Assembly (NCBI GenBank): GCA_963728915.1
Contig: CAVSLV010000001.1
Coordinates: forward strand, 928,001-992,000
Direction of reading: 5' to 3'
DNA from: an uncultured Gemmatimonadales bacterium
GTDB lineage: Bacteria > Gemmatimonadota > Gemmatimonadetes > Gemmatimonadales > GWC2-71-9
Length of the DNA: 64,000 nucleotides
In this document: positions 39,901-51,317 of the stretch, piece by piece
Layout of the letters: each line of letters opens with the position of its first letter
How positions within the stretch are numbered: position 1 is the first letter of the stretch
Translations under genes and position numbers: made by a program
Notes under the pieces: model-generated
Databases searched by the model: none
Told to the model about the DNA's origin: nothing
The model's input: only the letters and a program-made list of their open reading frames with translations

Positions 39901-41250
39901 ATGTCAACGACCCGATCTGTCCTGGCCGGCCTCCTCGTCGCCCTGGGCGCAACCGAGGCCTGGAGCCAGGAGCCTGCCCGCATCGACTTCGAGACCTACA
40001 CCCTCCCGAATGGGCTCAAGGTCATCCTCGCCCCCGACCACTCCGCCCAGGTGGTCGCGGTCGATCTCTGGTACGACGTCGGTTCACGCAACGAAGTCGC
40101 TGGTCGTACCGGCTTCGCGCACCTGTTCGAGCACATGATGTTCCAGGGCTCGGAGAACGTGAAGAAAGCCGAGCACTTTACCCTGGTGGAGCGCGCCGGA
40201 GGATCGGTCAACGGCACCACCGCGGAGGACCGGACCAAGTACTACGAGGTCCTCCCGTCCAATCGGTTGAACCTGGGACTCTGGCTCGAGGCCGACCGGA
40301 TGCGTTCCCTCGCGGTCACCGATTCGACCTTCAGCAATCAGCGCGAAGCGGTCAAGGAGGAGCGCCGGCTTCGGGTCGATAACCAGCCGTATACCTCGGC
40401 GATTTTCGAGGGCATGTACGCGCTGGCCGATAGCACGAGTTGCTTCCCTTACGCCCACTCGGTCATCGGCTCCATGGCGGACCTGAATGCCGCCAGGACC
40501 GCCGACGTGAAGGCCTTCTTCGACCTGTACTACACCCCCAACAACGCGACGCTCACCATCGCGGGGGATTTCCAGCCCGCCGAAACCAAGCGGCTCATCG
40601 AGACCTATTTCGGGGGAATCCCGCGCGGTCGGGAGTCCCCCCCGGTCCAGTGCGAGAGCCGGTTCGGCCCCGGACAGATTCGGCGCCGCTGGCCGGATGC
40701 GAAGGCCAATCTTCCCGCGGTGCTGCTGGCCTATCGGATCCCGGAATACCAGAGCGAGGACACCCCGGCCATCGAGCTCCTCTCCACCATCCTGGGCCAG
40801 GGTGAGAGCTCCCGGATCAACAACGCCGTGGTTCGGGAGAAGAAACTCGCTCAGTTCGCCATCGTCCTGTCCAACCCGGCGAGCCCCCGCAGGGGCCCCG
40901 GGGTCCTGCTGGCCCTGGCGATCACCAACCAGGGCGTGACCCCCGATTCACTCGAGACGGGCCTGGTCGCCGAGTTTCGGCGAGTTGCCAACGAAGGGGT
41001 CACCGAAGCGGAGCTGGCCAAAGCGAAGAATGGATATCGCACCCAGCTCATCACCCAGCAACAGCACGCGCTGGAGCGGGCCGACGCGCTGGAGACCGCG
41101 AACATGTTCCTGGGCGATCCGGAGGCGGTGAACACCCACTGGCGCAAGTATCTGGCGGTCACCACCGCCGACCTCCAGCGGGTCGCCCGGAAGTACTTCA
41201 CTCCGGAGAATTCCCTCGTGCTGCTGATCACCACCGGAGGGGCGCAGTGA
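39901..41250 (+). CDS. Secreted M16B zinc peptidase (active subunit)
   Basis: Signal peptide; TGFAHLFEHMMFQGS (HxxEH), VKEERR. Confidence 0.93.
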   Translation: MSTTRSVLAGLLVALGATEAWSQEPARIDFETYTLPNGLKVILAPDHSAQVVAVDLWYDVGSRNEVAGRTGFAHLFEHMMFQGSENVKKAEHFTLVERAGGSVNGTTAEDRTKYYEVLPSNRLNLGLWLEADRMRSLAVTDSTFSNQREAVKEERRLRVDNQPYTSAIFEGMYALADSTSCFPYAHSVIGSMADLNAARTADVKAFFDLYYTPNNATLTIAGDFQPAETKRLIETYFGGIPRGRESPPVQCESRFGPGQIRRRWPDAKANLPAVLLAYRIPEYQSEDTPAIELLSTILGQGESSRINNAVVREKKLAQFAIVLSNPASPRRGPGVLLALAITNQGVTPDSLETGLVAEFRRVANEGVTEAELAKAKNGYRTQLITQQQHALERADALETANMFLGDPEAVNTHWRKYLAVTTADLQRVARKYFTPENSLVLLITTGGAQ

Positions 41251-43343
41251 CGATGACTCGACGACTTTCCCGTCTCGCGCTCCTGGTCGCCGGGGCGGCG
41301 CTTCCCACCAGCGGCCTGGCTGCCCAGGCGTATCCCAAGACCCCGCCGCCACCGGGTCCGCTCACCCCGATCGCGTTTCCGCCGTTCCACGAGGACGTGC
41401 TTCCCAACGGGGTGCGCCTGCTCGTGGTGGAGAGTCATAAGCAGCCGATCGTCTCGCTCTCTCTGAATTTCCCGGCAGGCTCAGCGTTCGACCCGTCCGG
41501 CAAGGAAGGACTGGCGGACATGGTCGCCGGCCTTCTCACCAAGGGCGCCGGCGATCGCACCGCGGAGCAGGTAGCGGAGGCCATCGAGGGGACGGGCGGG
41601 ACGCTGCAGAGCTCCGCCGGGTCGGATTTTCTCTCGATCAATTCGACCGTGCTCACCGCGAGCTTGCCACTGGCGTTCGAGCTGATCGGGGACGTGGTGA
41701 AGCGCCCCGCCTTCGCCGAGAAGGAACTGGAGCTGCTCAGGACCCAGACCTTGTCGGGCCTCCAGGTCGAACTGAGTCAACCCACCTCGATCGCCGACCG
41801 CCAGTTCAGGGCGATTCTCTACGGTTCGCATCCGTATGCGCGCAGCACCACCGCCGGCTCGGTGCGGGCCATCACCCGGGAGGACCTCCTCGCATTCCAG
41901 CGGGAACGGCTCCGGCCGACCGGGGCCCTTCTGGTCATCGCCGGCGCGGTGAGCCCCACTGAGGCCCGCCGACTGGCCGTCGCGGCGTTCCAGGGATGGT
42001 CGGGCGGGTCCGCGGCGCCCGGAGCGGCGTCCGCTCTTCCCGACCGGGGCAAGACCGAGATAACGCTGGTCCACCGACCAGGATCGGTGCAGTCGAACAT
42101 TCTCGCCGGGAATCTGACCTTCCTTCCCAACGATCCCCGGTTCTACCCGGCCGAAGCGATGAATCAGGTGCTCGGCGGAGGCGCCTCCAGCCGGCTGTTC
42201 CTCGTGCTCCGGGAAGCAAAGAGCTGGACCTACGGAGCCTACTCGGATTACGTGCGACGCAAAGGGACCGGCTATTTCGTCGCGAATACCGAGGTGCGCA
42301 CCGAAGTGACCGACTCGGCGCTGCGCGAGCTGCTCCACCAGATCGACCGGATTCGAACCGAACCGATCCCCACATCGGAGCTGGAAGCCGCCAAGGGAGC
42401 GCTGGTGGGGCGCTATCCCCTCACCATCGAGACCGCCGATCAGGTGGCCAGTGCGGTCGCCTCGGCACAGCTCTACGGACTTCCATCGGACTTCGTCCAG
42501 ACCTATCGGGTCAAGCTTGGCGCGGTGTCGGCCCAGCAGGCTCAGGCGGCGGCGCAATCCACCATTCATCCTGATCGTTTTGTCATCGTCGTGGTGGGAG
42601 ATGGCACCAAGATCTACGAAAAGCTCAAGACCATTGCGCCCACCACCATCGTGGATCCCGAAGGCAAGCCCCTCACTCCGGAGGATCTGACCCCGCGCGC
42701 CTCGGCCCTCGATCTGGACATGTCCGCATTGGTTGCGCGACGGGACAGTTTCACCGTTCGGTTCCAGGGGAACCCGATCGGATGGCAGACCAGCACCCTG
42801 GAGCCCACCCCGACCGGCTTCCGGTATATGGAGCGGGTCGAGCTTGGCGGGTTCGTCAGTCAGACGACGACCCTGGACCTGGACAAGTCGGGGGGGATGC
42901 GAGCGGTCCAGCAGACCGGAAAGACGCAGGGTCAGGATGTCGCGGTCGACGTGAAGTACGAAAACGGCCGGGCGGTCGGAACGGCGAAGACCCCCGACCC
43001 GGCAACCCGTCAGGTCAAGTCGGTGACGATCGATACCGCAATCACTCCGGGGACGCTCGACGACAATGCCATCCAGGCGCTGGTCCCGGCCTTTCCCTGG
43101 TCGCCGTCGGCCAAGTGGACCTTCAACGTGATGAGCGCCGGGCAGGCCGAGATCAAGACGTGGTCCATGGCGGTGACCGGCACCGATTCGGTCATGGTCG
43201 GCGACAAGCCGGTCGAGGCCTATCGTGCCGAGCTCACCGGCGGCCAGAGTCCACTGACGCTGTGGGTGGCCACCGCCAGCCCCCACCTCTTGCTCAAGAT
43301 CGGCATCGCCGGCCAGCCGGTGGAATTCGTCCGGGTTCCCTAA
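41247..43343 (+). CDS. M16B peptidase partner subunit with an extra C-terminal beta-rich domain
   Basis: LPNGVRL, SSRLFLVLREAKSWTYG; no HxxEH; about 210-aa extension. Confidence 0.88.
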   Translation: MTMTRRLSRLALLVAGAALPTSGLAAQAYPKTPPPPGPLTPIAFPPFHEDVLPNGVRLLVVESHKQPIVSLSLNFPAGSAFDPSGKEGLADMVAGLLTKGAGDRTAEQVAEAIEGTGGTLQSSAGSDFLSINSTVLTASLPLAFELIGDVVKRPAFAEKELELLRTQTLSGLQVELSQPTSIADRQFRAILYGSHPYARSTTAGSVRAITREDLLAFQRERLRPTGALLVIAGAVSPTEARRLAVAAFQGWSGGSAAPGAASALPDRGKTEITLVHRPGSVQSNILAGNLTFLPNDPRFYPAEAMNQVLGGGASSRLFLVLREAKSWTYGAYSDYVRRKGTGYFVANTEVRTEVTDSALRELLHQIDRIRTEPIPTSELEAAKGALVGRYPLTIETADQVASAVASAQLYGLPSDFVQTYRVKLGAVSAQQAQAAAQSTIHPDRFVIVVVGDGTKIYEKLKTIAPTTIVDPEGKPLTPEDLTPRASALDLDMSALVARRDSFTVRFQGNPIGWQTSTLEPTPTGFRYMERVELGGFVSQTTTLDLDKSGGMRAVQQTGKTQGQDVAVDVKYENGRAVGTAKTPDPATRQVKSVTIDTAITPGTLDDNAIQALVPAFPWSPSAKWTFNVMSAGQAEIKTWSMAVTGTDSVMVGDKPVEAYRAELTGGQSPLTLWVATASPHLLLKIGIAGQPVEFVRVP

Positions 43344-43364
43344 TCCCATCAGGAGTCGTCATCG

Positions 43365-44795
43365 ATGAACCGATTCTTCCTTCTCCTGGCGGCCACCGGC
43401 TGCGCGTCGGCGAGCGCCGCCACCCCGGCAGGCCAGGCGCCGGCTCCGACCCCGGCGCCGCCTCCCTCGATGCCCGTCGCGGCGGTCTCGACCGATACCT
43501 TCAATTTCGAGCGGCCGCAGTACCCCTCGACCTATCACCGGAGGCCTAACCCGCCGGTCCTGATCCGGAACGCCACCATCCTCACCGCCACCGGCCAGGA
43601 GCTGCGCAACAGCTCGATCCTGTTCCAGGACGGCAGGATCACCGCGATCGGAGCCTCGCTCGATGCCCCGGCGGGCGCGATCACCGTCGACGGCACCGGG
43701 AAGTTCGTGACCCCGGGCATCATCGACACCCACAGCCATCTTGGGGTGTACGCCGCGCCGGGAACCCAGGCGGAGAGCGACGGGAACGAGGCGACCAACC
43801 CGGTCACCGCGGAGGTGTGGGCGGAGCATTCCATCTGGCCTCAGGACCCGCAGATTCCACTCGCGATCGCGGGCGGGGTGACGGTGATGCAGGTCCTTCC
43901 CGGATCCGCCAACCTGATCGGCGGACGGTCGGCCATCGTCCGCCTGGTTCCGGCGCGCACGGTGCAGGAGATGAAGTTCCCGGGCGCTCCCTACGGGCTC
44001 AAGATGGCCTGCGGAGAAAACCCCAAGCGGGTCTACCAGAATCGGGGTCCTTCCACCCGCATGGGAAACATGGCGGGCTACCGCGCCGCGTTCATTCAGG
44101 CGGCGGACTACCGGCGACGATGGGATAACTGGCTCAAGGATCGGAAGGGTGATCCTCCGGCGCGGGACCTCAAGCTGGAATCTCTCGCGGGCGTGCTCCG
44201 GGGGGACATTCTGGTTCAGAATCACTGCTACCGCGCCGACGAAATGGCACAGATGCTCGACCTGGGCAAGGAGTTCGGCTTCAAGATCCGATCGTTCCAT
44301 CACGCCATCGAGGGATACAAGATCGCCGACCTGCTGGCTGCCGCCGGCACCGCCGCCTCGGTCTGGTCGGACTGGGGTGGCTTCAAGATGGAAGCCTTCG
44401 ACGAGATTCTGGAAAACGCGGCGCTGATTACCCAGGCCGGCGCCAGGGCGGTGATTCATACCGACAGCCCGGACGGCATCCAGCGCATGAATCAGGACAT
44501 GGCCAAGGCATTCTACGCCGGGCTCCGCGCCGGGATCCCCTTGACCCGTGATCAGGCCATCCGCTGGGTCACCGCGAACCCGGCGTGGGTGATCGGCATC
44601 GACGACAAGACCGGCACCCTCGAACCCGGCAAGATGGCCGACGTGGTGCTCTGGTCGGGCGATCCGTTCTCGGTGTATACCAGGGCGGAAAAGGTCTGGA
44701 ACGAGGGATGGCTCGCGTTCGACCGGCTGGATCCGAAACATCAGTACGCCACCGACTTCAACATCGGGCAGACCGCCCCGGGGATGGGACGATGA
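43365..44795 (+). CDS. Amidohydrolase family lipoprotein
   Basis: ATGC lipobox; PGIIDTHSH, KMACGENPK, HTD, GTLEPGKMADVV. Confidence 0.9.
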   Translation: MNRFFLLLAATGCASASAATPAGQAPAPTPAPPPSMPVAAVSTDTFNFERPQYPSTYHRRPNPPVLIRNATILTATGQELRNSSILFQDGRITAIGASLDAPAGAITVDGTGKFVTPGIIDTHSHLGVYAAPGTQAESDGNEATNPVTAEVWAEHSIWPQDPQIPLAIAGGVTVMQVLPGSANLIGGRSAIVRLVPARTVQEMKFPGAPYGLKMACGENPKRVYQNRGPSTRMGNMAGYRAAFIQAADYRRRWDNWLKDRKGDPPARDLKLESLAGVLRGDILVQNHCYRADEMAQMLDLGKEFGFKIRSFHHAIEGYKIADLLAAAGTAASVWSDWGGFKMEAFDEILENAALITQAGARAVIHTDSPDGIQRMNQDMAKAFYAGLRAGIPLTRDQAIRWVTANPAWVIGIDDKTGTLEPGKMADVVLWSGDPFSVYTRAEKVWNEGWLAFDRLDPKHQYATDFNIGQTAPGMGR

Positions 44796-46048
44796 ATACC
44801 CGAATGCTCGCGGGACTCGCTACGCTGGCTGCTCCTTCCCGCCTCGTTGCCGGGTCAGAGTCAGGCCATCGCCATCACCGGCGGAACGGTCTATCCGGTC
44901 TCCGGACCGCGGATTCCCAATGGGACCGTCCTCATTCGTGATGGGCGGATCGTCGCCGTGGGCGCGAACGTCGCCGTCCCCGGCAATGCCACTCGCATCG
45001 ACGCCACCGGGAAGTGGATCACCCCCGGGCTCTTCCATGCCAACGCCAACGCGGGATTCGGGAGTCGCGGGGCTCAACGGGTTCGGGGAAGGTCGGGTGG
45101 AGGGAGAGATCAACCCTTCCTTCAATCCGGCAGAAGGCATCGATCCCGCCGCGTTCACGATTCCCATCGCCCGAACCGGTGGGGTCACCGGCGCGCTGCT
45201 CGACGCCCGGGCGGAGGGCTTTTTCCCGGTCAGGCGGTCGCGGTGGATTTCCTGGGCGATCGGATCGAGGACCTGATCGTCCAGCCGGAATGCCGCGGTG
45301 GTTCTCGATCTGACCGGCGGAAGCAAGGACGCAGGCGGTGGGAGTCGCGCCGGCGTGCTCGCCCGGGTCAGAAGGCTCTTCGACGACGCGGTCGAGTACT
45401 CCAAGCGCAAGAACGAATTCCAGAAGGGCCAGATCGAGGAGCTCGCCGCCCCGGCTCGGGAGCTGGAGGCCCTGCTGCCGGTGGTTCGAGGTGAGGGGAG
45501 AATCGCCATCGCGGCGAATCGCAAGATGGACATCGAGAACGCGCTCCGGCTCGTCAAGGAATACCAGCTTGCACGCGGTCCTGTTCGGGGTGCTCGAAGG
45601 ATGGCAAGCCGCCAAGGACATCGCTGCCGCCAAGGTCCCGGTCATCGTCGAGCCCCTGAGCGACATTCCGAGCTTCGACGGGCTGGGGGCCCGGCTGGAC
45701 AACGCCACCCTGCTCCGCGAGGCGGGCGCGGAGGTGATCATCGCCCAGGGAGATCCGGGCGGCGAACGGAACCTTCGCTACGCCGCGGGGAACGCCGTCC
45801 GCAACGGAATGAGCTGGGACGATGCGCTGCGGGCGGTCACCGCCGCGCCCACCGCGGCGTTCGGGCTCACCGACCGGGGAACCCTGGAGCCTGGCAAGGT
45901 CGCGAATCTCGTGATCTGGTCCGGTGACCCGCTGGATTTCGCCAGCGCCGCCGAGCACGTCTACGTCCGGGGTGAGGAAGTCTCGCTGAAGACCCGGGAA
46001 ACCGAGCTGCGCGACAAGTACCGCACCGTGCCGCCCAAGGTCCCGTGA
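44792..46048 (+). pseudogene. Second amidohydrolase-family subunit, split by five 1-nt frameshifts (probably assembly errors)
   Basis: Pieces in alternating frames: AITGGTVYP, PGLFH, ARTGGVT, GQAVAV, SRAG, GTLEPGKVANLVIWSGDP. Shifts near 44828, 45061, 45207, 45285 and 45570. Confidence 0.8.
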
Positions 46049-46070
46049 TCCGGAGAAGGAGCCTCGCCGT

Positions 46071-48193
46071 ATGAAGACCACCCGCATGGGGTGCATCGCG
46101 CCAACCGGGCTGATGCTGCTGATCGCCGCGCTTGGCCCCACCATTATTCGCGCCCAGGGCTCCGGTCCCGGCGGTTCCGGATTCGTCAAGGAATTCGGGA
46201 CCATGTGGACGTTCGACGCGCCTCCTTTGGCCTACTGGAAGTCCCAGTATGGCTTTGAGCCGACCGCTGCCTGGCTGGAGAATGTTCGCCTGTCGGCGGT
46301 CCGCATTCCGGGATGCTCGGCATCGATCGTGTCGAACCGAGGCCTGGTCATGACCAATCACCACTGCGCCCGCTCCTGCATCACCGCGGTATCCCCGCCA
46401 GACAGCAACTTCCAGGCGATTGGATTCGTCGCGCGGGACGAGGCGTCCGAGCGGCCTTGCCGTGGAATGACCGCCGACCAGCTCCAGTCGATCACCGATG
46501 TGACCAGCCAGGTGACCGCCGCGATGAAGGCTTCGATCGAGGCACGCCGCATCGCCCAGCGCGACTCGGCGGCCTCCGCGATCGAGGACGCCTGTTCCCG
46601 CGAGATGCAGGGACAGGGAATCTGCCAGGTCGTCGCCTTCTATCAGGGCGGGCGGTACTCGCTCTACAAGTACCACCGCTTCACCGATCTGCGGCTGGTG
46701 ATGGCGCCGGAGGAAGAGGTCAGTTTCTACGGCGGGGACCCCGACAACTTCACCTTTCCGCGATACGACCTGGACTTGACGCTGCTCCGGATCTATGAGA
46801 ACGGCGCCCCGCTTCGCCCGGCCAATTATCTCCGGTGGAGCGAGGCCGGCGCGAAGGAAAACGAGCTGGTCTTCGTGGTCGGCAATCCGGGCTCGACCGG
46901 TCGCCTGCTGACCATGGCGCAGATGGCCTACCTGCGAGACGTCACCTATCCCGGCTCAGCTGGAGACCCTCGCTGAACTGATCGCCGTCTACAAGCAGCT
47001 GGCCGCGCGCAACGAGGAATCGCGGCGGCAATACGAGAATACCGTGTTCTCGGCGGAGAACAGCCAGAAGGCGTTTCGCGGATACCGAAGCGGCCTGGTG
47101 GATTCCTCGATCATGGCCCGCAAGGCCGCCTTCGAGCGGGATTTTCGCGCCCGGGTCGCCGGGCAGACGTCGCTCAGAACCAGGTACGGGGCCGCATGGG
47201 ATAACATCGCGCGGGCCCAGGCCGAGCTTGCGTCATTCGCGAAGGAAGCCCGGTTCGAAGGCTTCAGCGGAGGCAGCCTGTTGAATTTCGCCGGGGCGCT
47301 GGTGCGTCTTCCCGAGCAGGCCAGGCTGCCGGACTCGCTCCGGCTTCCCCCCTATCGCGGCGATGGCCTCGACCGCATTCGCGCCGCGCTGCTTCAGCCT
47401 CAGCCTATCGACACCGCGGCGGAACGCATGCTGCTCGCCGCCCAGCTCCGGATGGCGCAGCGGAATCTTCCACCCAACGATCCATTTCTTCGCGCCGTCC
47501 TCGCGGGGCGAACCCCCGAGGCCGCGGCAGCCGCCCTGGTCGGTGGAACCAGACTGGCTTCGGCCGAGTCGCGGAAAGACCCTGGTGGAAGGAGGCGCCG
47601 GCGCGGTCGCCAGCTCGACCGATCCGATGATCGTTGCCGCGCGGGCCATCGAGCCCCTCGCCACCCGCGCCGCCAACCGCGCCGCCCAGCTCAACAGCAC
47701 CATCTCCGCGAACGCGGCGCTGATCGGCGAGGCCATCTTCGCGGCCTACGGCACATCCCTCCCGCCCGACGCGACCTTCACGCTCCGAATCAGCGATGGG
47801 GTGGTCAAGGGATACCCGATGAATGGGACAATCGCCCCGTACAAGACCAGTTTCTACGGTCTGTTCGCGCGGTCGACCGAATTCGACGACCAGACACCCT
47901 TCCATCTGGTGGAGCGGTGGAAGTCGGCACTGGGGAGGCTGGACCTCGCCACCCCGATGGATTTCGTCTCGACCAACGATATCATCGGCGGGAATTCGGG
48001 AAGTCCGGTCATCAACCGGAATGCCGAAGTCGTGGGCCTGATCTTCGACGGGAACATCGAGTCGCTGCCGAACCGCTTCATCTTCACCGATGAAGTGGCA
48101 CGCTCGGTGAGCGTGCACAGCCGCGCCATCGTCGAGGCCCTCCGCAAGGTGTACGGCGCGCAGCGGATCGCCGACGAGCTGACGGCACGATGA
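46071..48193 (+). pseudogene. S46 family dipeptidyl peptidase, split by two +1 frameshifts (probably assembly errors)
   Basis: [39 protein letters not shown]. Extra C near 46951 and extra A near 47576. Confidence 0.88.
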
Positions 48194-50445
48194 AGCGGAG
48201 CACACTTGCGGTCCTGATCACCGTCCTCGCCCCGGCGGGTTCGCTTCGGGCGCAGGGGACGGATCCGGGGACGCTGACAGTCGAACGGATTTTCTCGAGG
48301 GAATTCTCGCCCGACTTCTTCGGGCCGACCCGGTGGCTCAACGACAGCAGCTACACCACCCTCGAGCGTTCCGCCTCGGGCAGGGGCACCGACCTGGTCA
48401 GCATCGATGCCGCAACCGGCCGCCGCAGCGTGCTGGTGGCCTCCTCCGCACTCCGCCCGGCGGGGCAATCGGAGCCGCTCGACGTGGAGGACTACGAATG
48501 GTCTCCCGACCACCAGCGGCTCCTCATTTTCACCAACTCCGAGCGGGTCTGGCGGGCCAACACCCGCGGTGATTTCTGGGTCCTGACCCTTGCGACTGGC
48601 ACCCTGCACAAGCTCGGCGGGCCCGCCGCCAAACCCTCGACGCTCCAGTTCGCGAAGTTCTCGCCCGATGGCGGCCGGGTTGCCTACGTCCGGGAGCACA
48701 ACCTCTATGTCGAGTCACTGAGCGACGACGGGAAGATTACCGCCCTCACATCGGACGGCTCGACGACCACCATCAACGGGACGTTCGACTGGGTGTACGA
48801 AGAAGAGCTCGGGATGCGGGACGGGTTCCGCTGGAGTCCGGACGGCGCCCACATCGCCTACTGGCAGCTCGACGCCTCAGGGGTCCGGGATTTCCTCCTG
48901 ATCAACGATACCGATTCCCTGTACTCGTTCGTCAAACCGATCCAGTATCCCAAAGCGGGAACCACGAATTCCGCCGCCCGAATCGGAGTGGTGTCCGCGA
49001 CCGGCGGCGCAACCACCTGGATGCAGGTGCCCGGCGATCCCCGAAACAACTACCTGGCGAGGATGGACTGGGCGGCCAACCCGACCGAGCTCGTCATTCA
49101 GCAGCTCAACCGGCGCCAGAACCAGAACACCTTCTGGGTCGCGACGGCCGCCACGGGGAAAGTCCGCACCCTGTTCGTCGAGAGCGACAGCGCCTGGATC
49201 GATATCTACGATGGGATGTCGTTCTGGGGCACCGGCCCCTCCCTGTACTGGCAGACCGACGGCTCCGCCTTCGTGTATCTCAGCGAGCGGGACGGCTGGC
49301 GCCACGCCTGGATGGTGTCGCGGGACGGCTCGATGCGTCTCATCACCCGGGGCGCCTTCGATGTCATGAACATCCGGCAGGTGGATACCCGGGGTGGGTG
49401 GCTCTACTACGACGCCTCCCCGGACAATGCCACCCGGATGTTCCTCTGGAGAACCCGGCTGGACGGATCGGGCACTCCGCAGCGCCTCACCCCGGCCGAC
49501 GCGCGGGGCCAGCACAGTTACGACATCGGGCCGGGCGCGCGTTGGGCGATTCACACCTGGTCTTCCTGGGGAACCCCGCCGGTCACCGATCTGGTCCGGC
49601 TGCCTTCGCACGCGGTGGTGCGGACCCTGGTGGACAATCACCGCCTGGCGTCGGCGATCACCGGGCTCACCCAGGGTCCGGTCGAATTTTCCAGGACCGA
49701 CATCGGCAACGGCGTCGCGCTCGATACCTGGATCATGAAGCCCGCGAACTTCGACTCCGCGAAGAAATATCCGATTCTGTTCTACGTCTACGGCGAGTCC
49801 GCCGATCAGACGGTGAAGGACCAGTACGGCGGCCGTCGCTGGCTCTGGCACCTGATGCTGACTCAGCAGGGCTACATCGTCGCCAGCGTGGACAACCGGG
49901 GAACACCCGGGCCCCGGGGAAGCGCCTGGCGCAAGGCCTCGCTCAACCAGAGCGGGGGACTCAGGGTCAGGGAACAGTCCGCGGCGACCCGGGTGATCGC
50001 GTCCCGGCCCTACGTCGATTCGACCCGCATCGGGGTCTGGGGCTGGAGCGGCGGCGGCTCGAGCACCCTGCTGCTCATGTTCCGGGCGCCGGAATTGTAC
50101 AAGATGGGCATGGCCGTGGCGCCGGTCGCCGACGTCCACAACTACGACACGATCTACCAGGAACGATACCTGGGACTGCCGGCCACGGACTCGGCGGCGT
50201 ACTACGACGCTTCGGCGGTGAATTTTGTGCGGGGATTACGAGGGGATCTTCTCGTCGTCCACGGTACCGGCGACGACAACGTGCATTACCAGGGGACCGA
50301 ACAACTGGTGAACGCCCTGGTCGCTGCGAACAAGCCCTTCACCATGATGGCGTATCCGAACCGGACCCACGGCATCTTCGAAGGTCCGGGAACCACGGTT
50401 CACCTGTTCAACCTGCTGACCCGGTTTCTGAAGGAGCATCTTTGA
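48190..50445 (+). CDS. S9B dipeptidyl peptidase IV family
   Basis: [25 protein letters not shown]; signal peptide. Confidence 0.95.
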   Translation: MKRSTLAVLITVLAPAGSLRAQGTDPGTLTVERIFSREFSPDFFGPTRWLNDSSYTTLERSASGRGTDLVSIDAATGRRSVLVASSALRPAGQSEPLDVEDYEWSPDHQRLLIFTNSERVWRANTRGDFWVLTLATGTLHKLGGPAAKPSTLQFAKFSPDGGRVAYVREHNLYVESLSDDGKITALTSDGSTTTINGTFDWVYEEELGMRDGFRWSPDGAHIAYWQLDASGVRDFLLINDTDSLYSFVKPIQYPKAGTTNSAARIGVVSATGGATTWMQVPGDPRNNYLARMDWAANPTELVIQQLNRRQNQNTFWVATAATGKVRTLFVESDSAWIDIYDGMSFWGTGPSLYWQTDGSAFVYLSERDGWRHAWMVSRDGSMRLITRGAFDVMNIRQVDTRGGWLYYDASPDNATRMFLWRTRLDGSGTPQRLTPADARGQHSYDIGPGARWAIHTWSSWGTPPVTDLVRLPSHAVVRTLVDNHRLASAITGLTQGPVEFSRTDIGNGVALDTWIMKPANFDSAKKYPILFYVYGESADQTVKDQYGGRRWLWHLMLTQQGYIVASVDNRGTPGPRGSAWRKASLNQSGGLRVREQSAATRVIASRPYVDSTRIGVWGWSGGGSSTLLLMFRAPELYKMGMAVAPVADVHNYDTIYQERYLGLPATDSAAYYDASAVNFVRGLRGDLLVVHGTGDDNVHYQGTEQLVNALVAANKPFTMMAYPNRTHGIFEGPGTTVHLFNLLTRFLKEHL

Positions 50446-50773
50446 CCTCGGCGTCGGCCGGCTCGGTGGGGGGAGCCGGCTGCTCGCCGACGGTGACGTC
50501 CTCGTCGTGCATCGCATCGATGTCCCGATCGAGCTTGGCGAGCTTCTCGGTGATGTCATCCATCCTTGCAAACAGGGCGTCGATCTCGGCCTGATTCACT
50601 TCGCCCCCGCGCTCCCGTCGGTACACCAGCATGCCCAGCTTGTAGGCCACCCGGCTCCGAATGCCGATCAGCCGGCTTCGTTCCAGGTGCAGCTTGCTCG
50701 ATTCGAAGGCGGACCGAACCCGGTCACCGATCTGGTCCAGCTCGGCGTTCAGGCGATTGAAGATTCCGGACAT
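50408..50773 (-). CDS. Hypothetical coiled-coil protein
   Basis: MSGIFNRLNAELDQIGDRVR...AYKLGMLVY; helical periodicity and acidic tail. Confidence 0.7.
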   Translation of the reverse strand: MSGIFNRLNAELDQIGDRVRSAFESSKLHLERSRLIGIRSRVAYKLGMLVYRRERGGEVNQAEIDALFARMDDITEKLAKLDRDIDAMHDEDVTVGEQPAPPTEPADAEVKDAPSETGSAG

Positions 50774-50829
50774 TGTGCACCTCGCTGAGATATTCTGGAC
50801 TGACGGCCCGGCGTGCCCGGAGGTTTCAA

Positions 50830-50854
50830 GATAGCGAGTAGCGAGTAAGGAGTG
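50830..50854 (+). repeat. 7-bp tandem repeat (TAGCGAG TAGCGAG TAAGGAG) at the left edge of the island
   Basis: Read directly from the sequence. Confidence 0.55.
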
Positions 50855-50924
50855 ACGACCGACTATGATACTTGGAACAGAAACCGGGAGCAGGGCACGA
50901 GAAGGCCTGGGCAGCGGATCCGAG

Positions 50925-51263
50925 CCCACTGCTCAGGGCTGTCGGTAAGCTTCGGTGGCCTTCGGGCGTCGCTGTTAGGACGTCAGCATTCAGCCTCGAT
51001 GGGCTCGGTCGGGGGCCCGCTACGACAACGCGATGGCCGAACGCTCTTCGCCATCCTGGAATGCGAGCTGCTGGCTCGGCGACGCTTTCGCACCCAAGCT
51101 GAAGCGTGGATGGCCGTCTTTGATTGGATCGAGGCCTGGTATAACCCGCGCCGGTGCCCTTCGAGTCTGGGGAGACTCTCGCGGCTCCCTTATGACGCCG
51201 GCTGGCCGAGGCAGCATCTGCGGCCCAACGGTCCCCCATCCGCGAAACGGGGGTCACCCGACA
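50925..51263 (+). mobile_element. Decayed IS3-family remnant (OrfB C-terminus plus right end)
   Basis: Pieces QGCR*ASVAFGRRC*, SMGSVG, YDNAMAE and FAILECELLARRRFRTQAEAWMAVFDWIEAWYNPRRCPSSLG, with stops and frameshifts; ends ...gaaacgggggtcacccgaCA. Confidence 0.85.
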
Positions 51264-51317
51264 TGAGCGGTTTGCCATTCTCTGGGAGCGGTAGCACCTC
51301 GATAGAACAAGGCCTGG

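Noticed and set aside
44792..48193. Programmed frameshifting or phase variation
   Set aside because: Shifts are numerous, of mixed sign and in 2-3 nt runs, with no slippery heptamers or long tracts
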